A stretch of 64,000 nucleotides of DNA. Origin: Mustelus asterias (Eukaryota). Within the stretch, counting starts at the first letter, position 1. Every line of letters starts with the position of its first letter. A program made the translations under genes and the position numbers. Below are positions 51,871-64,000 of the stretch, in pieces. The DNA is taken from NCBI RefSeq assembly GCF_964213995.1, contig NW_027590468.1, forward strand, positions 124,001-188,000. The letters are read 5' to 3'. Under the pieces are notes generated by a model. The model made no database searches. It worked only from the letters and a program-made list of their open reading frames with translations, and was not told the DNA's origin.

Positions 51871-53920
51871 CTGTCTTCACCTCTCTCTCTGCCTCTCTGT
51901 ATAAAAAAAATCACCAAATTAAACCACACTCAATAATGCGACCATACACAATTAATTATCAAATATCTGTCTCTCTCGCTTTGTCTCTGTCTCTCCCCGT
52001 CTCTCTCTCTCCCCGTCTCTCTCTCTCCCTGTCTCTTCTCGAGCAGAAACAGATGGAGACAGAGAGGCAGGGAGAGAGAGGAAGAGGGAGGGATGGAAAC
52101 AGCTGGAGTTGTGGATTAGATGCAGGGGGAGACACACAGGCTGTTAGAGGGAGGGGGGGTTTCAGTGAGGGACAGGGTCTCCAGTTTAATTCTGAGGGTC
52201 CTGAGAGTGGGATTTCACTGTCTCAGCCCCTCTCTGGCTCCCTCACTCTGTATAAACAATTCCCAAATTTAAAAAACGCTCAACACAGCTGACTGCACTT
52301 TGTGGGATCTTGCTGTGCACCACAGGGATTTTAGTTTTAAAAAGGGTTACTTTTAAGAGGGAGTTCTGGCCTTTCTGGAGATTTGGGATGATGCAGACAC
52401 ACACACACAGACACACACAGGGTAGTGAGTGGGGAAGGGGGCTCACAGCAGGCAAGAGAGTGGGGGGGAGGGGGGGTGGGGGGAGGACTGTGTCCCATCT
52501 GATTCAGGTTCACATTGCTGCTACTGTGGGATCTTGCTGTGCACACACTGGGCCTGTGGCCTTTGCCTGCGCAGCAACAGCGCCCACACTTTTTATTTTC
52601 AAACAAAATCTGGCTCAGGGACCGCAAAGTGGGTTCAAGGAAAAAGCTTGAAAAGGGGTCGGGTAAATTCAAGCACTTTAATCACCGAGGCATCGTAGGC
52701 TCTGGAGCAAGTGCTGGGGAATGGGAGGAGGATAGATTGGGATTTGATGGCCAGCATGAAGCTGGTGGGCCGAAGGGCCTGTTTCTGTGCTGTGTGACTC
52801 CAGATTCTTTTCTCTCTCTCTTTTCCCAGGAATTTCTATTTGGATGCGGGCGGGGGGGGGGGGGGGGGGCAGGGGTATAGAATTTCCCTGTCTCTCCAGT
52901 GTTCTTACCAATCCCAGCACCCCTCCCCTCCCCTCTCTCTCTCCCCAGACATTCCTGTCTATATTTCATCTTTCAATAAAATGTTTAAGAAAACACCAAT
53001 GTGAATTGTTGTCAATTTAATTTGGGGAGAGAGAGAGAGAGGAGTGGATCCCATTTCCCACACACTCTCCTGCAGTCCTCACCCACAACATTTATTTAAT
53101 CTGGCCCTCACCAGGTTGTGTGTGTGTGGGATCTTGCTGTGCACACAGGTGGGTCTGGCTCCCTATTCCTCGCACTGTGACCGTGAGCAGAACTTTAAAC
53201 AGGAAAGATTGAGGGGGAGGAGAAGGGTTGGGGAGGCGGAGGAGGCAGAGAGAGAGATAGAGAAATGGAGGGAGAGCTAAACAGAGAGGGGGTGGGGGAG
53301 GTGTGAGAGGGTCTCAGGAGGGGCAGGGGGAAAGAGACACAGAGTCTGGGGGTGTCCTCCTCCACTGTGGGACTGGCAGTGGGATCTTGCTGTGCAGAAT
53401 TACCTTCATTGTCATTTGAATCATTCATTCATTGACTAAGGGAGGGTGGGTGTGTGATTGTGGGATTATAAATATTGTTACCACTCTGAGGTGATGTTTC
53501 CCTCTGCGCTATTTTGTAACCCCCTAAAGGGATACACCTCGCCTCGTAATCTTAAATAAGTGTGTGTGAGACAGGAGGAAGCTACTGGTTTTAGACATTC
53601 AATCCCTACAGTGCAGAAGGAGGTCATTCGGCCCATCTAGTCTGTACCGACCACAATCCAATCAGGCCCTATTCCCATGACCCCACACTTTTAACCTGCT
53701 AATCCCCCTGACACTGGGGTCAATTTAACACGGCCAATCCACCCAACCCGCACAGCTTTGGACTGTGGGAGAAATTGGTAAATTAAAGCAAGATCTGACA
53801 CTCTCTCCATCAGGAACAACCAAACAGGTCTTTAATTTAGACTGGGTGACAACCTTATTAAAACAATGAACAAACTGAATAAACTCCCCAGTAGAATGCT
53901 GTTCCAAGGACAAGACTCAC

Positions 53921-54068
53921 TCAGGAATAATGAAATAAATCATTACAGAATAGAGTCACCCTCGAATAACCAGGCGTCTGTTGGAAGTGTGAACTTGCTT
54001 CTGCTGCTTGGGTCTGGAATACTTTCTGAGTTGGTTTCTGCTTCTATTTAGATGGTGATGTGATGAAG
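53921..54068 (-). pseudogene. Stalk/transmembrane exon relic, WC1/CD163-like
   Basis: tacag acceptor and GTGAGT donor; SRSKFTLPT..LVI.GVTLFC..FISLFL across frameshifts. Confidence 0.5.
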
Positions 54069-54189
54069 CTGTATATATTACTGCAGGATTCAGTATCAGA
54101 CTCTCCCCCCTTCAATCTAAAGAGGCAGCAAGGTCGCTCCCTCCCCGTTATTTCCCCCTGTCCCGGGTTTAAATACCCAGAATTTCCTC

Positions 54190-54501
54190 ACAGTATTCCT
54201 GCAATTTGAGTGGCTTGAGGCTGTCACCAACGCCCCAATTTGAATGCAATTGGTTGTGTGCGTTTGAGAGCTTGTTTTAAAATCATTGGTCCAGTTCAAA
54301 GCCTGTTTTGCTCTGCTGGGACTCTGGCTGCTGCTTTGGACACAAATGTTGTAAAGGTGTGTTCTGCAGCCTGCTTTCTGCAGTTTAAAATCCCCAGCAC
54401 AGAGACACAGGCTTTCTAAAGACACAACGCTGGATGGTTCGTTTTGGTTTTCTCAGCATTTCTTTTCAATATTTACATTTGTCAAACACCACATCTTTAA
54501 C
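54190..54501 (-). pseudogene. Best-preserved SRCR group-B exon relic
   Basis: About 312 nt from an atcag acceptor; LCAGDFKLQKAGCR...WTNDFK.SSQTHTTNC, then NWGVGDS(C), SHSN and AGIL*(C) across frameshifts. Confidence 0.7.
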
Positions 54502-54879
54502 CTGATATACGCAACTTCATAACAATATTAGACAGGGAGAGAGAGATCGGGAGAGACAGAGAGAAAGTCACACAAAGAGAGAGAGAGACAGGGAGACAGA
54601 GAGAGAGAGAGAGTCACATGGAGTAATGAGGATGGGGCCTGGATGGGAATGTGGTTGGTGTAGACCTGATGGGCCGAATGGCCTCCTTCTGTACTGTAGG
54701 ATTCTGTGATTCTGTAATGGGGGCTGCGTGCGGTGTGAGGGGAGGGTGGAAGGGGACAGGGGGTGGGGGAAGCACAGGTTCCCTTTTCCCCCCTCCCTCC
54801 TCCCAGGCCCTGTCCGGGAGGTTTCGGGGCTGGAGGGGATTGTTCTGGTGAACTGGCCGGGGCCTGGGGAACCTGTTCT

Positions 54880-55015
54880 TTGTCCAGGATGTATAATGCA
54901 GCCTCTGTGACCAGGCCTCAATCCCAGGCCTAACCTCAGGAAGGCTTTTGCATTTTGCTCCTTTTCCAAACAGTGCCTGTGTTTAAATCGATGGGACTCG
55001 ACGGTCGAATAAAAC
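54880..55015 (-). pseudogene. Decayed SRCR-like exon (copy at about 60480-60597)
   Basis: tgcag| then GFIRP...GTVWKRS..QNAKAFLRLGLG. Confidence 0.5.
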
Positions 55016-55905
55016 CTGCAGCAGCCACTTTAATACAAAGAACAGCACAGCACAGGAACAGGTCCTTTGGCCCTCCAAGCCTGCGCCGATCATGTTTACC
55101 TATCGAGACCAATGGCCTGTATCCCTCTATACCCCGTTTGTTCATGTGTCTATCCAGATAAGTCTTAAATGTCACTAATGTATCTGCCCCAACCACCTCA
55201 CTTAGCAGCGCATTCCAGGCCCCCACCACCCTCTGTGTAAAAACCTTCCCCGCACATCTCCACTCAACCTTTCCCCCCTTATCTTGAACTTGTTCCCCCT
55301 TGTAATTATCATTTCTGTCCTGGCAAAAAGCTCCCAACTGTTTATCCTCGCCACACCCCTCATAATTTTATAAACTTCCAGCTGGTCGTCCCTCAGCCTC
55401 CGTCTTTCCAGGGAGAACAATCCCAGTTTATTCAATCAATCCTCACAGCCAATACCCTCCATACCAGGCAACATCCTGGTCAACCCTTTCATTGGATTTG
55501 GGATGTGATTGTGGGTTTTCCTGCTCTTTCTCTTTCTCTTCAATCTTTCTCCCGTGATTGTGAGTTATCAGGGAGGGAGAGAGAGAGAGAGAGAGAGAAA
55601 GGGATGGTAACAGAGAGAGAGAGAGAGAGGGCAAAGGCAGAGGGGCAGGGAGAGGAGAGAGATTGGAGGGGAGTGGGTTAGCTGGGGGGGGGGGGGGGGA
55701 GCCTCCGCTGTGCACTCACAGCCCACCCAGCTCCCCAGTCTCTGGTTCGGTGCATTAACCCACTCTGGTGCATTAACAGGCACCAGAGTGTGGCGACTAG
55801 GAGAATTTCACAGTAACTTCATTGCAGTGTTAATGTAAGCCTTACTTGTGACTAAGAAATAAACTTTACTTTATACTTTACTCTGAGATAAAGACCCTCA
55901 CTCAC

Positions 55906-56159
55906 AGCCTCCCAGAAGGTGGGATTTAGAAACAGCGACTGTGTAACTGAGGCTGAATCTGTGCTGTTGTGTTTGAAAATATATTTTCCTCATATTTGAT
56001 GTGTTGTAAAGATATTGGAATCTGGCTGCTGCCACATTGCAGTGAGAGAGAGATCTGGCTTTGCAGGAGGAGCTTCCCTCCCCATTTCCCCATGGAAATC
56101 ACTGAGAAATAGCAAACGTGGCCCACAACACGTCATTATTTGAAACGGTCAGACAGAAA
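55906..56159 (-). pseudogene. Decayed SRCR exon, duplicate of 59310-59551
   Basis: VSV*P..TCCGPRL..FHG/KWG..QISLSLQCGS..NSTDS.LS. Confidence 0.6.
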
Positions 56160-59100
56160 CTTATCAGAGAGAGCATTTTAATCCCCATTCATCCCCAGAC
56201 GGAGAAACAGAGCAGAGATCAGGACAGATTATCCAGAGTAGGAGAGACCGGGGCAGAGATGGGGTTTGGATATATATAGATCTGGGGGGAAAGCAAAAGA
56301 GACACAGAGGGGGCTGGACAGGTTCAGAGATAGAGGGAGAGAGAAACAGCGAGAGAAAGAGGGAATCAGAGAGAGGTGGGACTCTGCTCGAAGTGGAAGG
56401 TTCCCAGTTCAGATCGAATGTACTAACAGCACCAATGCTGGAGTGACTTATTATTTTCATTTGGGGTGGGGGAGAGATGGAGGGGAGAGAGAGGGAGACG
56501 TGTGGTTCCCTCATTTCCCACTCACTTCACCCCAATCCTCACTTCAAAATCACTTTGTATCTGGCCCTGTTCAAGCTGTGTGTGGGATCTTGCTGTGCAC
56601 TCATGCTCTGTCCCCCCTGCCCCATATTCCTCACACTATGACAGAGCCCCATGCTTTAAACATGAAAAGATGGAGAGGAAGGCGGGTGGGGTAGAGAGAG
56701 AGGAACAGAGAATGGGTGGGGAGTGTGGGGGGGCTCAGTGGAGGGGGGTAGGGGGATAGAGACAGAGGCTCTGGGGGTGGGGGGGGGTGTCCTCCTGCAG
56801 TGTGGGACTCCCTGTGGGATCCTGATTGCAGCATTCCCAGTCTCTCTCTCTCTCACTGTGAAGCACTCGGGAGGGAGAGGGAGCTGAAATTCAAATTCCT
56901 GAGCCTGGGGGAAAGGCTTGTTCTCAATCCCAGAGTCCTGCTTGTGTTTTTAGACAGGGCGCTGGGATCTGTGGGTGTGGCTTTCTAAAGACACAACGCT
57001 GGATGGTTCGTTTTGGTTTTCTCAGCATTTCTTTTCAATATTTACATTTCTCAAACACCACATCTTTAACCTTATATATGCAGCTTCATAACCATATTAC
57101 AGAGAGACAGAGAGAAAGAGACAGAGAGGGGGGGTGAGAGAGAAAGGGAGAGAGAGACAGAGAGGGGAGAGTGAGGGAGAGCAGGAAAGGGCAGCAAGAG
57201 GTGAGGTTTGTGGGGGGTGCAGTGAGGGGGTGGGGGAAGAGACACAGGATCTGGGGGTCTCTCGTGTGGAGGGAGAGAGAGGGAGACGTGTGGTTCCCTC
57301 ATTTCCCACTCACTTTACCCCAATCCTCATTTAAAAATCACTTTGTATCTGGCCCTGCTCAGACTGTGTGTGTGGGATCTTGCTGTGCCCTCATGCTCTG
57401 TCCCCCCTCCTCCCCTCCTCATATTTCCCGCACCGTGACGGCGCCCCACATTTTAAACATGAAAAGATGGAGGGGAAGGAGGGTGGGGTAGAGAGAGGAA
57501 CAGAGAAGGGGTGGGGAGTGTGGGGGGGCTCAGTGGAGGGGGGTAGGGGGACAGAGACAGAGGCTCTGGGGGTGGGGGGGTGTCCTCCTGCAGTGTGGGA
57601 CTCCCTGTGGGATCCTGATTGCAGCATTCCCAGTCTCTGAGAGAGAAAGAGAAAGACAGGGAGGGAGGGAGAAAGAGAGAGAGAGGGAAAGACAGAGAGA
57701 GAGAGAGAGAGAAAGAGGGGGAAAGACAGTGAGAGAGAGAGAGACAGGCAGGGATAAAGAGAGAGAGAAACAGTGTGAGGGAGAGAGAGAGAAAGATGGA
57801 GGGAGTGGGAGAGAGAGAAAGATGGACGGAGAGAGAGAGAGAAAGGCAAGACAGGGAGTGAGAGAGAAAGATGGAGGGAGTGGGAGAGAGAGAGGGGGAA
57901 AACTGGAAAAGAAAGCAAGAGGTGAGGTTTGTGGGGGTGCAGTGGGTGAGGTGCAGTGAGGGGGTGGGGGAAGAGACACAGGATCACAGTGACCCGAGCC
58001 GGGAATTGAACCCGGGTCCCTGGAGCTGTGAGGCAGCAGCGCCAACCACTGTGCCCCCGTGTGGCCCTACACGTTATGATTCAATTCTGAGGGTCCCGGG
58101 GCGAGGGGGGGGGGGTGGATTTCACTGCCTCAGCCCCTCTCTGCCTCACTCTCCCTCTGTATAAACATTTCCCAAATTAAAACACACAACACAGCGAACT
58201 GCACCTTCTGGGATCTTCCAGAGCACCACAGAGATTGTGTTTTAAAAAGGGTTTGGCTTCGTTTTAAGAGGGAGTTCAACCCTTTCTGAAAATTTGGGAT
58301 GAGACACACACAAACACACACACAGACACACACACACACAGGGTAGTGAGTGGGGAAGGGGGCTCACAGCAGGCGAGAGTGTTGGGGGTGTGTTGGGGAG
58401 GACTGTGTCCCATCTGATTCAGGTTCACATTGTTGCTGCTGCTGTTGTGGGATCTTGCTGTGCACACACTGGGCCTGTGGCCTTTGCTCGCACTGCAACA
58501 GCGACCACACTTTATTAAACAAAATCTCGCTCACGGACCGCAAAGTGGGTTCAAAGGAAAGAAAGTGGAAACGGGGGTCGGGTAAATTAAAGCACTTAAA
58601 TTAGCGAGGCATCGTAGGCTGTGCAGCAAGTGCTGGGGAATGGGGGGAGTATAGATTGGGATTTGACGGCCAGCATAGACCTGGTGGGCCGAAGGGCCTG
58701 TTTCTGTGCTGTGTGACTCCAGATTCTCCTCTCTCTTTTCCCAGGAATTTCTATTTGGATGGAGGGTTCATAATTTCCCTGTCTCTGTCTCTCCAGCGTT
58801 CTTCCCAATCTCTGCACCCCTCCCCTCTCTCTCTCCCCAGACATTCCTGTCTATATTTCACCTTTCAATCAAATGTGAAGGAAAACACCAATGTTAATTT
58901 TTTTGATTTAATTTCAGGGAGGGAAAGACAGAGAGAGAGAAAGAGAGAGACAGGGAGGGAGGGAAAGACAGACAGAGACAGAGAAAGACAGGGAGGGGGG
59001 GAAGGAGAGAAAGACAGAGAGAGAGAGAGAGAAAGGCAGCCGAATAAAACCAGCAGCAGCTGCTTTAATCCATCGGATTGGGGATGTGATTGTGGGTTTT

Positions 59101-59309
59101 CCTGCTGTATCTCTCTCTCCCATCTTTCTCCTTTGATTGTGAGTTATCAGGGAGGGAGAGAGAAAGGGAGGGTAACAGAGGGAGATCAAAGGCAGAGGGG
59201 CAGGGAGAGGAGACACACTGGAGGGGGGCTGGGTTAGGGGGGGGGGGGTCCTCTGCTCTGCACTCACAGCCCAGCTCCCCAGTCTCTGGGGGAAAAGACC
59301 CTCACTCAC

Positions 59310-59551
59310 ACCCTCCCAGAAGGTGGGATTTGTAACCAGCGGCTGTGTGACTGAGGCTGAATCTGTGCTGTTGTGTTTGAAAAGATTTTTTCCCAATATA
59401 AAGATATTGGAATCTGGCTGCTGCCACATTGCAGTGAGAGAGAGATCTGGCTTTGCAGGAGGAGCTTCCCTCCCCATTTCCCCATGGAAATCACTGAGAA
59501 ATAGCAAACGTGGCCCACAACGCGTCATTATTTGAAACGGTCAGACAGAAA
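59310..59551 (-). pseudogene. Decayed SRCR exon
   Basis: ataag| then VSV*PFQIMTRCGPRLLFLSDFHG/KWG...QISLSLQCGS..YWEKIF..NSTDS.LSH, ending at a GT donor. Confidence 0.62.
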
Positions 59552-61198
59552 CTTATCAGAGAGAGCATTTTAATCCCCATTCATCCCCAGACGGGGAAAC
59601 AGAGCAGAGATCAGGACAGATTATCCAGAGTAGGAGAGACCGGGGCAGAGATGGGGTTTGGATATATATAGATCTGGGGGGAAAGCAAAAGAGACACAGA
59701 GGGGGCTGGACAGGTTCAGAGATAGAGGCAGAGAAACAGGCAGAGAGAAAGAAACAGCGAGAGAAAGAAACAGCGAGAGACAGAGGGAATGGGAGAGAGA
59801 GGTGTGACTGTGCTCGAAGTGGAAGGTTCCCTGTTCATATTGAATGTACAAACAGCCCCAATCCTGGAGTGACTTGTCATTATTTTTATTTGGGGTGGGG
59901 GAAGAGATGGAGGGGGGGAGCGAGGGAGAGAGAGGGAGAAGTGTGGTTCCCTCATTGCCCACTCACTTTAGCCCAATCCTCACTTAAAAATCACTTTGTA
60001 TCTAGCCCTGCTCAGACTGTGTGTGGGATCTTGCTGTGCCCTCCTCCCCGCCCCATATTCCCTGCACTGTGACAGCGCCCCACACTTTAAACATGAAAAG
60101 ATGGAGAGGAAGGAGGGTGGGGTAGAGAGAGAGGAACAGAGAATGGGTGGGGAGTGTGGGGGGGCTCAGTGGAGGGGGGGTAGGGGGATAGAGACAGAGG
60201 CTCTGGGGGTGGGGGGGGTGTCCTCCTGCAGTGTGGGACTCCCTGTGGGATCCTGATTGCAGCATTCCCAGTCTCTCTCTCTCTCTCACTGTGAAGCACT
60301 CGGGAGGGAGAGGGAGCTGAAATTCAAATTCCTGAGCCTGGGGGAAAGGCTTGTTCTCAATCCCAGAGTCCTGCTTGTGTTTTTAGACAGGGCGCTGGGA
60401 TTTGTGGGTGTGGATGGAGAAGATTGTTCTGTTTAACTGGGGGGTGGGAGAGAGGGGGGTTTGTTCTTTCTACCGGAGGAATAATGCAGCCTCTGTGACT
60501 AGGCCTCACTTCACGGCCTAAATCTCAGCAGCACTTTTGCATTCGCTTAATTCCCCAACAGGGTTTAAGTGGCTGAATTCAATGGTTCAATAAAATGTGA
60601 AGCAGCCGCTTCAGGGTGGGATTGTGGATTTTCCAGCTCCCGCCCCCTTCTCATTTCCCTTTTGATTGTGAGTTTTATTTTAAACGGTCAGACAGAAACT
60701 TAGAGAGAGCATTTCAATCCAGATTCGCCTCGAGATAGAGAAACAGAGCAGAGATCAGGACAGGTTATCCAGAGACAGGAGCAGAGACGGGGTATTGGAC
60801 AGATAGAGATCTGGGGGGAAGTGTGTAAGAGACGGAGAGGGAGAAACAGAGTGAGGGGAGAGAGGTGACTGATAGAAGTGGGAACTTCATTGGGGCCTCC
60901 TGTGTTTTTTCACTGGCCTGTCTCTGGAGTAAAGCCCCCAGAATGCTTTGATGTGTTTAATAAATTCAATATCGGGACAGTCAGGAGGCAGTTGGAAGTT
61001 CATTGCATTTGAAACGTGTTCCCATTTTGTCAGGGTTTAATAATGAGGAGGTGAAAATGAATGTTTCCCCCACCTCCCCCAGTGAGATTGTGAATTTCAG
61101 CAAGTCCTGGGATCTTGCTGTGCCTTTTATTGTTTATAATCAGCTTTTGTTTTGTGTTTAATCAAATTTCACTTTATTTTCTCTTTCTCTCTTCCAAG

Positions 61199-61298
61199 GA
61201 GAATTCCTTTGGAAACTTTGGCGATGCAGAGAGCGAATAGTTTTGCCGTGAGGAATCCTCGGACAAGAGCTATAACCAGAGAGAAAAATATTAATAAA
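61199..61298 (+). other. Possible orphan terminal exon
   Basis: Long pyrimidine tract plus CAAG acceptor, ENSFGNFGDAESE*, AATAAA at 61293-61298. Confidence 0.25.
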
Positions 61299-61479
61299 AG
61301 TCCCCGTGTCTTGGTCGTTCATTTTTATTCACAGATAGACTGGTGGGGCTTTTACACGGAGGGTTAGTGGTCTGTGTGTCAGGGGGAGGGGGTATTCCCA
61401 GTGATCCCTGCTCCAATGTAATCCCAGATTTCAATCCCTCTCCCTGAAGCTCTGTCTGTGCAACTCCCCCATCCTCAGA

Positions 61480-64000
61480 ACTGTTTCTCCACATCTTTCC
61501 AATCCCTGTCTCTCCCCATCCTTTATACCTCAGCCTCTCAAAATGGCAGCATCTTTCTCCCTTTTCTCTCATTCTCTCTATCTTTCACTCTCTCTCTGAA
61601 ACTTTGTCACTGTCTTGCCAAAGCCCCACTTTCTATTTATCTCGACATCTCACTTTGTATCTCAGCCTCTCTGCACATCTCTCTCTCCCTCTCTGTGGAT
61701 CATTTTATCTCAATCACAGCAGCCTCCTCTCCATCTCTCTCTCGCTCTATCTATCTCTGCTCCCTCTCTGACTCATTCTGTCTGAAGTACAGCAGCATTC
61801 TCTCTATCTCCATCTTTTCACAGTAACTTCATTGCAGTGTTAATGTAAGCCTACTTGTGACGAATAAAATTTGAACTTTAACTCTGCTTCTCTGTCTTAT
61901 CTCTCTAGCTATCTGCTTGACTCTCTCTATCTCTCTCTGCTTCCCCCTCTCTCTATCTCTGCCTCCCCCTGACTCAGTCTGTTTGAATTAAAGTAGCATC
62001 CTCTGTCTCTATATCTCTATCTGTTCTCTGCTTCCCTCTCTCTGTGAATCATTGTCTGAATCACAGCAGATTCCTCACTAACTCCATCTCTATATCTCTG
62101 TCTCTTATCTCTGCTCCCTCCCTTCTCTGTGAATCAATGTCTGAATTACAGTCGCATCCTATCTCCATCTCTATATCTCTCTGCCTCTTATCTCTCTCTG
62201 TATCTGATCTCTGCTTCCCTCTCTCTGTGAATCATTCTGTCTGAATTACAGTAGCATTCTCTCTAACTCCATCTCTATATCTCTCTGCTTCTCTGCCTCT
62301 TATCTCCCTCTCTGCTCTCTTGTGGGGGACGGGCCAGATCACGGGTTTGCTGTTCACAAGCAGCAAAGGCCCAGGAACGCAGAGGGAGGGAATCGGGGGC
62401 AATTCAGAGGGATTCAGCACTGCTGAAAGGGGGGAGTGTGTAATACAGGGGCTTGTTCAGAGCCAGGGGCTATTAGACAGAGAGGGAAGGGGCTGGTGGG
62501 GGAGGCTGTTGTACAAGAGGGGGGAATATTATAACACAGGCTGACCAGAGTCAGGGGTTATCAGAGAAAGGGGGCAATTGAGGGGGGGGGGGGAATCAGA
62601 CAGGGGGTCTGTTGTACAGGATGGGGGTGCGGGATGTTATAACACAGGCTGCTCAGTGTCAGGGGAATTAGTCGTTTGAACGTTAATGTTTAAAATGGGC
62701 AGAGTTTCCACATCCAACTCCACCAGGAGCTGTTTACAGGGGGGTGGTGGACGGGGATAGATGTGTGGTGGGGGGGGGGGGGGGGGGGGTTTACTAATTA
62801 GAAGGGGGGGGATCTGTCAGTCCAGAGGCTGTTCACAGGGAGGGAGTGGGAATTTGCCAGGTTGAGAGGGGTGGGGGGAAAGAGGGGAACTTAGAGGGAT
62901 ATTCAGCCGGGGGGCTTTGAAGATGGTTTGGGCAGTGGGGGAGCGGGGTACGGGGCTCAGAGGGAAGGATCGGGAGATTTAGAGGGATTGTGAGGAGGGA
63001 CAACAGATTTGGCTGGAGTGGGGGGGGGGGGGGGAATTGACAGGGATTCAAGGAGGAGAGTGTAGAGGGATGTAGGGAGAGACTCAGGGATTGTGGTCGG
63101 GAATTAGAGGGATTCAGGGGGATTTAAGGGTCTCATGGGGACTTTGGGATTTAGCGGGACTGAGAGGGAGGGAATCAGGGGGAACTGAGGGGGATTCGGG
63201 AAGGGGGGGTTTAGAGGGGGATTTCTGGGGTTCTGAGGGATACAGGAGGGATTGGGGGGCTTACGGGGATTAAAAGACATGGTTTGGTGCTCAGACAGAT
63301 TGAAGGGGTGGGATTGGAGAGGGAGCAGGATTCGGGGGCAGAGGAATGTGGCGAGGGTGGGTGCGATCTCGGGAGACATTCAGGGGAGATTCTAGAGGAA
63401 TCTCAGGGGCTTAGAATCTGGGGAGGGTCTGGATGGGGTAGGGAGTCAGAGAGGGGGTTAGCGGGAGGGGCGATTTGGGGTGGAGGGAAAGGGATTGAGG
63501 GCGGGGTGGATTCATAGGGATTTGGGAGGGGGGAAATTCAGAGAGGGATTTAGGGTGTGGCCTTGCATCAGGGTTAGAATTGGGGGGGTGCCGAGCGATT
63601 CGGAGCGGGGGGGTGACTCAGAGGGATACAGGGGTGGGGAGGACTGAGGAAGGATTGGGTGCAGGCGTCAGGGGGGGCTTGAGTTTGGCAGGGGGGGCAA
63701 AGGGAGCCTTTGGGGGGGGCTGAGGAATTGGGGCAGGAACTTGGAGGATTCAGGGGGCTGAGAGTCAGATTGGCAGTGGGTGTCAGAGAGATTGAGCGGG
63801 GGGAGGGGGTGCTTACAGAGTCGGATGAAAGGAGATGGGGCAGAGGGACAGGGAATCAGGTGGGGGAAAGAGGAGTTTTGGGGGGGGAATTAGTGGAGAT
63901 TGAGGGCGGGGGGTTGAGAAGGATTGGGAGGGGCTCAGAGGGCTTTGGCGGTGAGTTCCTGAGAGAGAGTGAGTGGGGGGGTGATGGCTTTGGCGGTGAG
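61480..64000. repeat. Low-complexity CT-rich (to about 62320) then G-rich purine-skewed DNA
   Basis: Degenerate tctctatctctg and gggattcaggggg-type units. Confidence 0.7.

Larger units (their letters stand above)
52190..60830. repeat. Mosaic tandem segmental duplication
   Basis: 52190-53020 ~ 58080-58910; 55430-56990 ~ 59040-60410; 56430-56850 ~ 57260-57640; 54410-54530 ~ 56980-57100; 54890-55030 ~ 60480-60610. Confidence 0.9.

Noticed and set aside
52500-52680. Plus-strand SRCR-like reading (WDL..TLG.CG, KIWLRD), also near 58440
   Set aside because: The core tgtgggatcttgctgtgcac is a DeuSINE/SacSINE-type repeat found many times here, and the strand is opposite to all other relics.
8477-64000. 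TCR D, J or C segments, NAR-TCR V-D-J clusters, or IgH-like V genes
   Set aside because: No 12-RSS-flanked segments, RSS-preceded FGxG exons or C1 exons seen by eye; a formal RSS scan would be needed to exclude them.

Overview
Cartilaginous-fish (shark) genomic DNA, judged from HE1-type SINEs, CR1, Tx1 and Rex1 LINEs and Penelope-type fragments. About 0.6-10.7 kb is part of a T-cell receptor alpha/delta V-gene array. It holds one apparently functional TRAV/TRDV segment (+ strand; leader 7038-7083, V exon 8134-8437, canonical 23-RSS) and several V pseudogenes and relics in both orientations, with CRE+CCAAT promoters and a CTCF-like site. A tRNA-Val(CAC) gene in a local duplication closes the array at about 12.2 kb. 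Beyond microsatellites and N-runs, 17-61 kb is repeat-dense and segmentally duplicated. On the minus strand it carries about 15 decayed exon-sized segments that, translated by eye across frameshifts, fit group-B scavenger-receptor cysteine-rich (SRCR) domains, plus four WC1/CD163-like transmembrane-exon relics. I infer a dead tandem cluster of membrane SRCR receptors next to the TCR V genes. All protein-family calls are manual motif matches without database searches, and the long ORFs in the ORF track are microsatellite artefacts or LINE fragments.
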